Assembly (NCBI GenBank): GCA_963762145.1
Contig: CAVXJS010000015.1
Location: 128,001-192,000 of the forward strand
Source: an uncultured Candidatus Rokubacteria bacterium
GTDB taxonomy: Bacteria > Methylomirabilota > Methylomirabilia > Rokubacteriales > CSP1-6
Length of the DNA stretch: 64,000 nt
Reading direction: 5' to 3'
Shown here: in pieces, positions 9,759 to 20,922 of the stretch
Layout: every line of letters starts with the position of its first letter
Numbering within the stretch: the stretch's first letter is position 1
Notes under the pieces: generated by a model
What the model was told of the DNA's origin: nothing
The model's input: the letters and a program-made list of their open reading frames with translations, nothing else
Database searches by the model: none
Position numbers and translations under genes: made by a program

Positions 9759-10568
9759 ATGCTCGATCCGGAGCGCTGGAAGCAGGCCTTCTTCGACTAC
9801 TCGACCTCGAGCTTCGCCGAGATCCTGCACCGTGCCGCGCCCCACCTGCTGCCCGGCCGCGCCGAGGGCGGGTCGGACGAGGGGAGCGTGCCCTCGGTGC
9901 CGCACGGCACCACGGTGCTGGCCCTGCGCTACCGCGACGGGGTGATCATGGCGGGCGACCGGCAGGCCAGCGAGGGCTACCAGGTGGCCCATCGCCGCAT
10001 CGAGAAGATCTTCAAGTCCGATGACCTCTCCGGCGTCGGCATCGCGGGCGCGGCCGGGCCCGCCATGGAGATGGCCCGCCTGTTCCAGACCGAGCTCGAG
10101 CACTACGAGAAGGTCGAGGGCGAGAACCTCTCGCTGGACGGCAAGGCCAACAAGCTCGGGCAGATGATCCGCATGAATCTGCCCATGGCGATGCAGGGCC
10201 TCGTGGTGGTGCCGATCTTCGCGGGCTTCGACGAGCGGGCCGGCGTGGGGCGGCTGTTCAAGTACGACGTCACCGGGGGCCGCTACGAGGAGACCGACTA
10301 CTTCGCCCAGGGCTCGGGCGGCAAGGACGCGCGCGACTCGCTGAAGAAGCGCTTCCGGCGCGACATGAACCGTGAGGAGGCGCTGCGAGTCGCCATCGAG
10401 GCGCTGATCGACGCGGCCGACGAGGATCTCGGCACCGGCGGGCCCGACCTGACGCGCGGCATCCTGCCGTCGGTGAAGACCATCACGCGCTCGGGCTTCG
10501 CGGACGCGCCCGAGGACGAGATCCGGCGCCACTGCGAGGCCGTCCTCAATGACCGCAACCGTCTCTAG
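9759..10568 (+). CDS. prcB: 20S proteasome beta subunit with propeptide
   Basis: Propeptide ends PHG|TT (catalytic N-terminal Thr); AGDRQA, ELEHYEKVEG, LDGKANKL, QGSGG, DLGTGGPD. Confidence 0.96.
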   Translation: MLDPERWKQAFFDYSTSSFAEILHRAAPHLLPGRAEGGSDEGSVPSVPHGTTVLALRYRDGVIMAGDRQASEGYQVAHRRIEKIFKSDDLSGVGIAGAAGPAMEMARLFQTELEHYEKVEGENLSLDGKANKLGQMIRMNLPMAMQGLVVVPIFAGFDERAGVGRLFKYDVTGGRYEETDYFAQGSGGKDARDSLKKRFRRDMNREEALRVAIEALIDAADEDLGTGGPDLTRGILPSVKTITRSGFADAPEDEIRRHCEAVLNDRNRL

Positions 10569-10583
10569 CCCGCGGGGACTCTG

Positions 10584-11276
10584 ATGCCGCTGCCCTACTA
10601 CGTATCGCCCGAGCAGATGATGAAGGACAAGGCGGAGTATGCCCGCAAGGGCATCTCCCGCGGCCGGGCCATCGTCACGATCGAGTACCGGGACGGCATC
10701 CTGCTGGTGGCCGAGAATCCGTCGACCCTGCTGCACAAGATCTCGGAGATCTACGACCGCATCGCCTTCGCGGGCGTGGGCAAGTACAACGAGTTCGAGA
10801 ACATGCGGGTGGCCGGGGTGCGGCACGCCGACGTCAAGGGCTACTCCTACAGCCGCGGCGACGTGAGCGCCAAGTCGCTCGCGAACGCCTACTCGCAGGC
10901 CCTCGGCAACATCTTCACCCAGGACATCAAGCCGTTCGAGATCGAGGTGCTGGTGGTGGAGGTGGGCGACGCCAACGGCACCAAGAACGAGATCTACCAC
11001 ATCCTCTACGACGGCACGATCGAGGACGAGAAGAACTACGCCGCGATGGGCGGCCAGTCCGAGGAGATCCGGCGGTACCTGAAGGACAACTTCCAGGAGA
11101 ACCTCGACGTGGCCGCGGCCTTGAAGCTGGGCGTCCGGGCCCTCATGGTCACCCAGAACAAGACCCTCACCGAGCGAGATCTCGAGGTGGCGGTCCTCGA
11201 CCGCACCAAGGAGCGCCGCAAGTTCCGCCGCATCCCCGCCGAAGCCCTCCACCAGCTCCTCACCGAGACCACCTAG
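10584..11276 (+). CDS. prcA: 20S proteasome alpha subunit
   Basis: PYYVSPEQMMKDKAEYARKGISRG, KISEIYDRIAFAGVGKYNEFE, LEVAVLDR. Confidence 0.96.
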   Translation: MPLPYYVSPEQMMKDKAEYARKGISRGRAIVTIEYRDGILLVAENPSTLLHKISEIYDRIAFAGVGKYNEFENMRVAGVRHADVKGYSYSRGDVSAKSLANAYSQALGNIFTQDIKPFEIEVLVVEVGDANGTKNEIYHILYDGTIEDEKNYAAMGGQSEEIRRYLKDNFQENLDVAAALKLGVRALMVTQNKTLTERDLEVAVLDRTKERRKFRRIPAEALHQLLTETT

Positions 11277-11344
11277 CCCGGCAGTTTGAAGCGACGTCGA
11301 CCTGCTTCGTTCGAGCGCCGGCTCCGCCGGCGCAATCCGTCTTT

Positions 11345-11381
11345 GGGGAGGCTCGGAGGGGGCCGCCGAGGCCCCCTTCGA
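11345..11381. repeat. REP-like palindrome between prcA and pafA
   Basis: GGGGAG-GC-TCGGAGGGGGCC-GCCGA-GGCCCCCTTCGA; shares the GGGGGCC/GGCCCCC core with family A. Confidence 0.6.
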
Positions 11382-11427
11382 ATGTCTATTTGCCCGGCGG
11401 CCACTCCCCTGCTACCCTGAGGGTCAC

Positions 11428-12783
11428 ATGAAGCGCCGGATCTTCGGCCTCGAGAACGAGTACGGTCTCACCTGTACCCTGAACGGTCAGCGCCGCCTGT
11501 CGCCCGACAACGTGGCGCGGTACCTCTTCGAGAAGGTGATCCCGGGCGCCCGCAACGCCAACGTCTTCCTCGAGAACGGGGCGCGGCTCTACCTCGACAC
11601 CGGCTTCCACCCCGAGTACGCCACTCCCGAGTGCGACGACATCACGGATCTGGTGATCCACGACAAGGCGGGCGAGCGCATCGTGGAGGACCTGCTGCAC
11701 CAGGCCGAGAAGCGGCTCCGCGAGGACGGCATCTCCGGCCACATCCTGCTCTTCAAGAACAACACCGACTCCGCGGGCAACTCGTACGGCTGCCACGAGA
11801 ACTACCTGGTCAGCCGTGACGTGTCGTTCCAGCGCCTGGCCGAGGGCCTGATCCCGTTCTTCGTGACCCGTCAGATCTTCGCGGGCGCGGGCAAGGTGCT
11901 GCAGACCCCGCGGGGCTTCCACTACTGCCTCTCGCAGCGGGCCCAGCACATCTGCCAGGAGATCTCGGGCGCGACCACCTCGTCCCGGTCCATCATCAAC
12001 ACCCGCGACGAGCCCCACGCCGACGCCGAGAAATACCGCCGCCTGCACGTCATCGTGGGCGACTCCAACATGTCCGAGGTCGCGACCTATCTGAAGGTGG
12101 GCACCACCGCGCTGATCCTGGACATGATCGAGGACGGCCACTTCGACCGGGACTACAGCCTGCAGTCGCCGGTCCAGGCCATCCGGGACATCAGCCACGA
12201 CCCGACGCTGCGCGAGACGATCCGCCTGAAGGACGGGCGGGCCATCACCCCGCTCCAGCTGCAGATGGAGTACCTCGAGCACGCGACCCGCTACGTGCAG
12301 GCCATCGACGCGGACCCGGTCACCCGGGACGTGCTCGCGCGCTGGACCTACGTGATCGAGCAGCTGGCCGACGACCCCATGCAGCTCAATCGTGAGGTCG
12401 ACTGGGTGATCAAGCAGCAGCTCATCCAGGCTTACATGGAGAAGAACCGCCTGTCCTGGCGCGACCCCAAGGTCTCGCTCATGGACCTGCAGTACCACGA
12501 CATCCGGCCCGACAAGGGCCTCTACTTCAGTCTGGTACGCCGCGACCTGGTGGACCGCATCACCGACGATGAGTCCATCGAGCGCGCCAAGCACATGCCC
12601 CCGCAGACCACACGGGCCCGGCTGCGGGGCGAATTCATCCGCCAGGCCAACCTCAAGGGCAAGGACTACCGGGTGGACTGGGTCTATCTCAAGCTCAACG
12701 ATCCGGAGCGCGAGACCATTCTCTGCAAGGACCCATTCCAGAGCCACGACGAGCGCGTCGAGCGACTGATTCGCTCGTTCTAG
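11428..12783 (+). CDS. pafA: Pup-protein ligase PafA
   Basis: [93 protein letters not shown]. Confidence 0.96.
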   Translation: MKRRIFGLENEYGLTCTLNGQRRLSPDNVARYLFEKVIPGARNANVFLENGARLYLDTGFHPEYATPECDDITDLVIHDKAGERIVEDLLHQAEKRLREDGISGHILLFKNNTDSAGNSYGCHENYLVSRDVSFQRLAEGLIPFFVTRQIFAGAGKVLQTPRGFHYCLSQRAQHICQEISGATTSSRSIINTRDEPHADAEKYRRLHVIVGDSNMSEVATYLKVGTTALILDMIEDGHFDRDYSLQSPVQAIRDISHDPTLRETIRLKDGRAITPLQLQMEYLEHATRYVQAIDADPVTRDVLARWTYVIEQLADDPMQLNREVDWVIKQQLIQAYMEKNRLSWRDPKVSLMDLQYHDIRPDKGLYFSLVRRDLVDRITDDESIERAKHMPPQTTRARLRGEFIRQANLKGKDYRVDWVYLKLNDPERETILCKDPFQSHDERVERLIRSF

Positions 12784-12833
12784 ACGACACCGCTCGCGCG
12801 GGTGCCGGCGAGCGGCGCAGGACCAACCAACCG

Positions 12834-15035
12834 ATGCCTCTCACGCCGCTTTCCTCCGACGTCATGGACACCATCGTCGCCGGGCAGCACGGCGACCCGT
12901 TCGCCGTACTGGGCCCGCACCCTGGAGGCGCCGGCACCGTCGGCGTCCGCGTCTTCCTGCCCGCGGCCCGCGCGGCCTCGGTCGTCACGCCCGACGGCGC
13001 GATCACCCCGCTGCGCCGGGCGCATCCGGGCGGCCTCTGGGAGGGCCCGCTGCCGGGCCGGCGCAGCCTCCCCCTGGCCTACCGCCTCCGCCTCGAGGAC
13101 GATCAAGGACGCGTCACCGAGATCGAGGACCCCTACCGGTTCACGCCCACCCTCAGCGGCTACGATCTGCACCTGCTCGGCGAGGGCACGCACTTCCGCC
13201 TGTTCGAGCGGCTCGGGGCCCACCCCCTTCGCCACGAGGACGTGGACGGCGTGCGCTTCGCGGTGTGGGCGCCCAACGCCCGGCGCGTCAGCGTGGTGGG
13301 CGACTGGAACGGCTGGGACGGGCGGACCCAGCCCATGCGCCTGCACCCGGGCAACGGCATCTGGGAGATCTTCCTGCCCGGGGTACCGCTGGGCGCCCGC
13401 TACAAGTACGAGATCGTCGGGCGGGACGGTGGGCTGCTCGCGCTGAAGTCGGACCCGCTGGCCTTCGCCTTCGAGCCGGACGATCCGCGCACCGCCTCCG
13501 CGGTCGTGGACATCAACGGGTTCGCGTGGGGCGACGCGGAGTGGATGGACGAGCGCAAGCGCCGCAACACGCTCCACCGCCCCATGTCGGTCTACGAGGT
13601 GCACCTGGGCTCGTGGCGGCGCCCCGAGCCCGGCACGCTCCCGAGCTACCGGGAGCTGGCCGAGCAGCTCGCCGACTACGTGAGCGAGATGGGCTTCACC
13701 CACGTCGAGCTCATGCCGATCACCGAGCACCCGTACTACGCCTCCTGGGGCTACCAGACCCTCGGCTACTTCGCGCCCACCCGCCGCTACGGCACCCCCG
13801 CCGACTTCATGGCGTTCGTGGACACGCTCCACCGCCGCGGCATCGGGGTGATCATGGACTGGGTCCCGGCCCACTTCCCCAAGGACGCCCACGGGCTCGC
13901 CTTCTTCGACGGCACCCACCTCTACGAGCACGACGATCCGAACCTGCGCGACCACCCCGACTGGGGCACCCGCGTGTTCAACTACGGCCGCCGAGAGGTC
14001 GCCAACTTCCTGATCGCCAACGCGGTGTTCTGGCTCGAGCGCTACCACATCGACGGCCTGCGCGTGGACGCGGTCGCCTCGATGATCTACCGCGACTACT
14101 CGCGGAAGGCGGGCGAGTGGGTCCCCAACGAGTACGGGGGCCGCGAGAACCTGGAGGCGCTCGCCTTCCTGCGGAAGCTGAACGAGGTGGTCTACGGCGG
14201 CCAGCCCGGCGCGTCGACTATCGCGGAGGAATCGACCGCGTGGCCCCAGGTCTCGCGCCCGGTCTACCTCGGCGGGCTCGGCTTCGGCTTCAAGTGGAAC
14301 ATGGGCTGGATGCACGACATCCTCGACTTCATGCAGAACGAGCCGGTGCACCGGAAGTACCACCACAACCAGCTCACCTTCGGTCTCCTCTACGCGTGGA
14401 CCGAGAACTTCGTGCTGCCGCTCTCCCACGACGAGGTGGTCTACGGCAAGCGCTCCCTCGCCCGCAAGATGCCGGGCGACGACTGGCAGCGCTTCGCGAA
14501 CCTGCGCCTGCTCTACGCGTTCATGTGGGCCTATCCCGGGAAGAAGCTCCTCTTCATGGGCGGCGAGTTCGGCCAGTCCGACGAGTGGAGCCACGACCGC
14601 GCCCTGGACTGGTCGCTGCTCGAGATGGGCCCCTACCACCGCGGGGTCCAGCGGCTCGTGCGAGACCTCAATCACGTCTACCGGAGCGAGCCGGCTCTCT
14701 ACGAGGTCGACTTCGACTCGGCGGGCTTCCAGTGGATGGACTGCAGCGACTGGGAGCAGAGCATCGTGGCGTTCTGCCGCTTCTCCCGCGGCCAGGAGCG
14801 CCTGCTGCTCTGCGCGTGCAACTTCACGCCGGTGGCGCGGCGGGGCTATCGGGTCGGCGTCCCCAGGCCCGGCTTCTACCGCGAGGTCATCAATTCCGAC
14901 GCCTCGGTGTACGGGGGCAGCGACGTCGGCAACGGGGGCGGCGTGGCGAGCGAGCCGACGCCGTGGCACGGGCAGCCGCACTCGGTGGTGCTCACCCTGC
15001 CGCCCCTCGCGGCGGTCTGGCTGATCCCGGCCTGA
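12834..15035 (+). CDS. glgB: 1,4-alpha-glucan branching enzyme
   Basis: [52 protein letters not shown]. Confidence 0.97.
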   Translation: MPLTPLSSDVMDTIVAGQHGDPFAVLGPHPGGAGTVGVRVFLPAARAASVVTPDGAITPLRRAHPGGLWEGPLPGRRSLPLAYRLRLEDDQGRVTEIEDPYRFTPTLSGYDLHLLGEGTHFRLFERLGAHPLRHEDVDGVRFAVWAPNARRVSVVGDWNGWDGRTQPMRLHPGNGIWEIFLPGVPLGARYKYEIVGRDGGLLALKSDPLAFAFEPDDPRTASAVVDINGFAWGDAEWMDERKRRNTLHRPMSVYEVHLGSWRRPEPGTLPSYRELAEQLADYVSEMGFTHVELMPITEHPYYASWGYQTLGYFAPTRRYGTPADFMAFVDTLHRRGIGVIMDWVPAHFPKDAHGLAFFDGTHLYEHDDPNLRDHPDWGTRVFNYGRREVANFLIANAVFWLERYHIDGLRVDAVASMIYRDYSRKAGEWVPNEYGGRENLEALAFLRKLNEVVYGGQPGASTIAEESTAWPQVSRPVYLGGLGFGFKWNMGWMHDILDFMQNEPVHRKYHHNQLTFGLLYAWTENFVLPLSHDEVVYGKRSLARKMPGDDWQRFANLRLLYAFMWAYPGKKLLFMGGEFGQSDEWSHDRALDWSLLEMGPYHRGVQRLVRDLNHVYRSEPALYEVDFDSAGFQWMDCSDWEQSIVAFCRFSRGQERLLLCACNFTPVARRGYRVGVPRPGFYREVINSDASVYGGSDVGNGGGVASEPTPWHGQPHSVVLTLPPLAAVWLIPA

Positions 15036-15049
15036 GCCGGCGCCCACCG

Positions 15050-17226
15050 ATGGCCGACGCTCCGCGCACCCGGCCGGGCCGGCCATACCCGCTCGGCGCC
15101 ACCTGGGACGGCGACGGCGTCAACTTCGCCCTCTTCAGCGAGCACGCCACCGCGGTGGCGCTCTGCCTCTTCGACGAGCGCGATCCGGGCAAGGAGCTCC
15201 GCCAGATCCGGCTCGAGGAGCGCACCGATCAGGTCTGGCACACCTACGTTCCGGGCATCCGGCCGGGCGCGCTCTACGCGTACCGGGTGAACGGGTCGTA
15301 CGAGCCCGCTCAGGGGCACCGCTTCAACCCGGCCAAGGCGCTGCTCGATCCGTACGCGAAGGCGATCGCGGGCACGCTCGAGTGGCAGGACGCCTTCCTC
15401 GGCTACCGCATCGGCGACCCGGCGGGGGACGTCACGCCGCACGATCGCGACAGCGGGCCGTACCTGCCCAAGAGCGTGGTGGTGGACGGGACCTTCGACT
15501 GGGAAGGCGACCGGCCGCCGCTCACCCGCTGGTCGCGCACCATCATCTACGAGGTCCACGTCAAAGGCTTCACCCGACTCCATCCCGACGTGCCGCCCGA
15601 GCTTCGCGGCACCTACGCGGGCCTCTCGTGCGACGCGGCGGTGCGGCACCTCACCGAGCTGGGCGTCACCGCGGTCGAGCTGCTGCCCATCCACCACTCG
15701 GTCACCGAGAAGTACCAGGCCGATCGCGGGTTCACGAACTACTGGGGCTACAACTCGATCGGCTTCTTCGCCCCCGACTCGCGCTTCTCCTCCTCGGGCC
15801 AGCGGGGCCAGCAGGTGGACGAGTTCAAGACGATGGTGAAGCGGCTGCACCGGGCGGGCATCGAGGTCATCCTCGACGTGGTGTACAACCACACCGCGGA
15901 GGGCAACCACCTAGGGCCGACGCTCTGCTTCCGCGGCATCGACAACGACGCGTACTATCGCCTCTCGCCCGAGGATCCGCGCTTCTACGTCGACTACACC
16001 GGGACCGGTAACACGCTGAACATGCGGCACCCGCGCACGATCCAGCTCATGATGGACAGCCTGCGCTACTGGGTGCTCGAGATGCACGTGGACGGCTTCC
16101 GCTTCGACCTCGCGGCCGCGCTGGCCCGCGAGCTGCACGACGTGGACCGGCTCTCCGCCTTCTTCGACGTCATCCACCAGGATCCGGTGATCTCGCAGGT
16201 CAAGCTCATCGCCGAGCCGTGGGACTTCGGCGAGGGCGGTTACCAGGTGGGCAACTTCCCGGTGGGCTGGGCGGAGTGGAACGGCAAGTACCGCGACACG
16301 ATCCGCCGCTACTGGAAGGGCGACGAGGGGCAGGTCGCGGAGATGGCCTACCGCCTCACCGGCTCGAGCGATCTCTACGAGATGGGCGGGCGCCGGCCCC
16401 ACGCGAGCGTCAACTTCATCACCGCCCACGACGGCTTCACCCTGGCCGACCTCGTCTCCTACAACGACAAGCACAACCTCGCGAACGGCGAGAACAATCG
16501 GGACGGCACCGACGACAACAGCTCCTGGAACTGCGGCGTCGAGGGTCCCACCGACGACCCCAAGATCGTCGCGCTCCGCGAGCGGCAGGCAGCGCAACTT
16601 CCTGGCCACCCTCTTCCTGTCCCAGGGCATCCCGATGCTGCTGGGCGGCGACGAGATGGGCCGCACCCAGCGCGGCAACAACAACGCCTATTGCCAGGAC
16701 ACCGAGCTGTCGTGGTTCCACTGGCCGCCCACCGAGACCGGGCGGCGCCTCATCGAGTTCACCCAACGCCTCATCCGGCTCAAGAAGGCCAACCCGGTCT
16801 TCCACCGGCGCATGTTCTTCCAGGGCCGTCGGATCCAGGGCTCGGCGGTGAAGGACCTGGCCTGGTTCCGCCCCGACGGCCAGGAGATGACCGACGAGGA
16901 GTGGCAGAACAGCTTGAGCCGCTGCCTCGGGCTCCGGCTGGCCGGCGACGCCATCGAGGAGGTGGACGACCTGGGCGAGCCCATCGTCGGCGACACCTTC
17001 CTGATCCTGCTCAACGCCCACCACGAGCCGGTGCCCTTCGTGCTGCCCGCCCACGCGACGCGCGTGCACCTGGGAGCCCGTGCTCGACACGCGCGACTGG
17101 GACGGCGACGCCGATCGCCCATCCCTCCGCACCGGCGAGCAGTACATGCTCGAGGGCCGCTCCGTCGCGGTCCTGCGCCTGCGGCCACCCACGCGCCCCG
17201 CTCGCGAGCCTGCCCAAGGAGCCTGA
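15050..17226 (+). CDS. glgX: Glycogen debranching enzyme (frameshifts near 16590 and 17070 in this assembly)
   Basis: [57 protein letters not shown]; continues in other frames as [12 protein letters not shown]...GNNNAYCQD and VLDT...LEGRSVAVL to TGA 17224-17226. Confidence 0.92.
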
Positions 17227-18500
<1,274 letters not shown>

Positions 18501-19387
18501 CCGACGCGGCGGCGGCCGGCGCCGCCTCGATCGAGGGCCGGCGCAGGGCCCACCGGATCCCCGCCGCGGCCACCAGCACGCCCGCCACGCTCGCGAGCTG
18601 TCCGACCCGGAAGGGGCCGATCCAGAAGCTGTCGAGCCGCAGCGCCTCGATGAAGAACCGGCCCACCGAGTACAGCCCGATGTAGCTGAAGAAGACCGCT
18701 CCGGGATACCGACCGACTCGCGGGCGGATCCAGCGCACCAGCAGCGCGAACACCACCAGGTTCCACAGCGATTCGTAGAGGAACGTGGGGTGGAAGAAGT
18801 CGAGCTGCCGGAACTCCATCGGCCGGTGGCTCGGTGAGATGTAGAGCTTCCACGGCAGATCGGTGGGCGCCCCGAAGGCTTCCTCGTTGAAGAAGTTCCC
18901 CCAGCGTCCGATCGCCTGGCCCAGGACCATGCTGGGCGCGATGACGTCGAGCGCGCGAAGCACCGGCACGCCCCACCGCCGCGCGAGCCACGCGCCGACG
19001 AGCGGGCCCACGATGATGCCGCCGTGCATCGCGAGCCCGCCCTCCCAGACCGCGACGATCTTCGCCGGATACCGGCCGTAGTAGTCCCAGTTGAAGGCCA
19101 CCTCGTAGAGGCGCGCGCCGACCAGGCCCGCGACGACCCCCCACTGCGCGGCCCGCACGAGCTGGTCGGCCGGCAAGCCCTCCTGGACCGCGCGCCGGTG
19201 AGCGAGCCAGAAGCCCACCAGGATCGCGGCGGCCATGAGGACGCCGTACCAGCGGATCTGGAGCACGCCGAAGTCGAGCGCGATGGCGCCGGGAGAGGCG
19301 AACACGCCCAGCACGATACCACGGCCTCGGCGCCATTGACGCCACGTGCGATCGTCCCTAGACTCGGCGCACCCGAGAGGAGATCCC

Positions 19388-20077
19388 ATGCATCCGGTTC
19401 ACCGCCGCACGTGTGGCGGCCCATCGATCTACACGCCGGCGGCCGCGCTCACCGTCCTGACCCTGGTCATCGTGGCGGCGGTGACGATCGTGGACTCCGA
19501 GCTCGCCGCCCGGCTGATGCGCGAGAACGGCCCGATCGAGTGGCTCCAGGTCATTCTGTTGGTCGGGACGGCGCTGATCACGGCGAGGCTCGCCACGATC
19601 GAGTGGGCGGAAGGTCGAAGCGGCGCGCCCGACCTCTTGCTCACCACGGGCTTCGCGCTCCTCGCGTTCTGCGAGATGGAGCTACCCCGGCGCATTCTCG
19701 GGAAGTCGACCAAGATCGCCCGCCTGGCCCGCGAGGTGGCGGCGGGCATGCCGCGCGAGACCGTGATCGTCCTGCTCGTGGCCGGAGTCGCGGTGGCCCT
19801 GGGCGTCTACGCCTTCCGCTATCGCGCCGACATCGTCATCTGGGGATGGTCCGTGCTGGAGACCGCGTGGGGCCGGCTGTTCCTCCTGGGCATCTCCCTC
19901 CTCGTCCTCACCGAGCTCTTCGAGCGATCGCTCAACCAGATGGCGGGGGCAGGCCTTCCGAAGCCGCTGCTGGAAGAATCACTCGAGCTGCTGGCCGCCC
20001 TCTACTGCTTTCTCGCCATGATGCGACGGCGTGCGGTCAGTGGCTCACCTGGCGGCCGGGTTCAGGGCTACCGGTAG
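19388..20077 (+). CDS. Hypothetical integral membrane protein
   Basis: ATG after GAGAGGAG; about 5-6 hydrophobic segments with RENGPIEWLQ and LLEESLEL motifs; family not recognised. Confidence 0.7.
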   Translation: MHPVHRRTCGGPSIYTPAAALTVLTLVIVAAVTIVDSELAARLMRENGPIEWLQVILLVGTALITARLATIEWAEGRSGAPDLLLTTGFALLAFCEMELPRRILGKSTKIARLAREVAAGMPRETVIVLLVAGVAVALGVYAFRYRADIVIWGWSVLETAWGRLFLLGISLLVLTELFERSLNQMAGAGLPKPLLEESLELLAALYCFLAMMRRRAVSGSPGGRVQGYR

Positions 20078-20841
20078 TCGAGCCCCGCGGCCGCGAACTT
20101 GGCCTTGAACGCGGGGCGGGTCAGGAAGGCGATGAAGGCCCGGGCGGTCTCCGGCGAGGCGCTGCGCGCGGCCAGGCCCGCGGAGTAGACGGTCACCTTC
20201 TGGAGATCCGGCGGCAGCGGGCCGACCAGCACCACGCCCTTCACCGGTACGATCTCGCTGATCTGGTGCACCACCACCTCGGCCTCGCCGGTCGCGACCT
20301 TCTCGGCGGGATAGCCGCCCGGCACGAGCTGGGTCTTGCCCTTCACCGCGTCCGCGATGCCCAGCCGGTCCAGCACGCTCGCGAAGTGGATGCCACTGGT
20401 GGCGCCCTGCGCCGGATCCACGTAGACGATCGACTTCGCGGAGAGGAGCGCCTGCTTGAAGGCGTCCGAGGTGGCGATGTCGGGTCTCGGCGCGCCCTCC
20501 CGCACGCCCAGCCCCATGCCCGTCCGCGCGAGGTCGGCGCGGCTGCCCGCCACCACCGCGCCCTGCTTCGCCACGTCGTCGATGGCCACGTCGGTCATGA
20601 TGACCACGTCCACCGGCTCGGCGGAGGCCAGCTTGCCGCGCGTGACGCCGACGGTACCGAACGAGAGCGTCACGGTATTCCCGGTCTCCTGCTGAAAGGC
20701 CTGCGCGAGCTCGGTGACGATCGCCCGCACCGCGCCCGCGCTGAAGACCCGGATCTCGGCGGCGGCGGTCACGCCGACCCCCGCGCTCGTGATTGCCGCC
20801 CACGCCACCACCGTGATCGCTATCCGCAACAGGGTCGTCAT
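20068..20841 (-). CDS. ModA-like substrate-binding protein
   Basis: Signal peptide; IRVFSAGAV, YVDPAQGATSG, HQISEIVPV.GV.LVGPLP, typical of ModA-like periplasmic binding proteins. Confidence 0.85.
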   Translation of the reverse strand: MTTLLRIAITVVAWAAITSAGVGVTAAAEIRVFSAGAVRAIVTELAQAFQQETGNTVTLSFGTVGVTRGKLASAEPVDVVIMTDVAIDDVAKQGAVVAGSRADLARTGMGLGVREGAPRPDIATSDAFKQALLSAKSIVYVDPAQGATSGIHFASVLDRLGIADAVKGKTQLVPGGYPAEKVATGEAEVVVHQISEIVPVKGVVLVGPLPPDLQKVTVYSAGLAARSASPETARAFIAFLTRPAFKAKFAAAGLDYR

Positions 20842-20922
20842 GTCTTGTCCCCTTCGGAGGCCGGGACCGGGCCCACCTCCGGGTTCAGGTCGTGAAGCGG
20901 CCCGCCCGGCGAACCTCCGGCG

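Noticed and set aside
11277-11427. prcA-pafA gap as the location of pup
   Set aside because: Only 151 bp, partly filled by a REP-like palindrome, with no Pup-like ORF.
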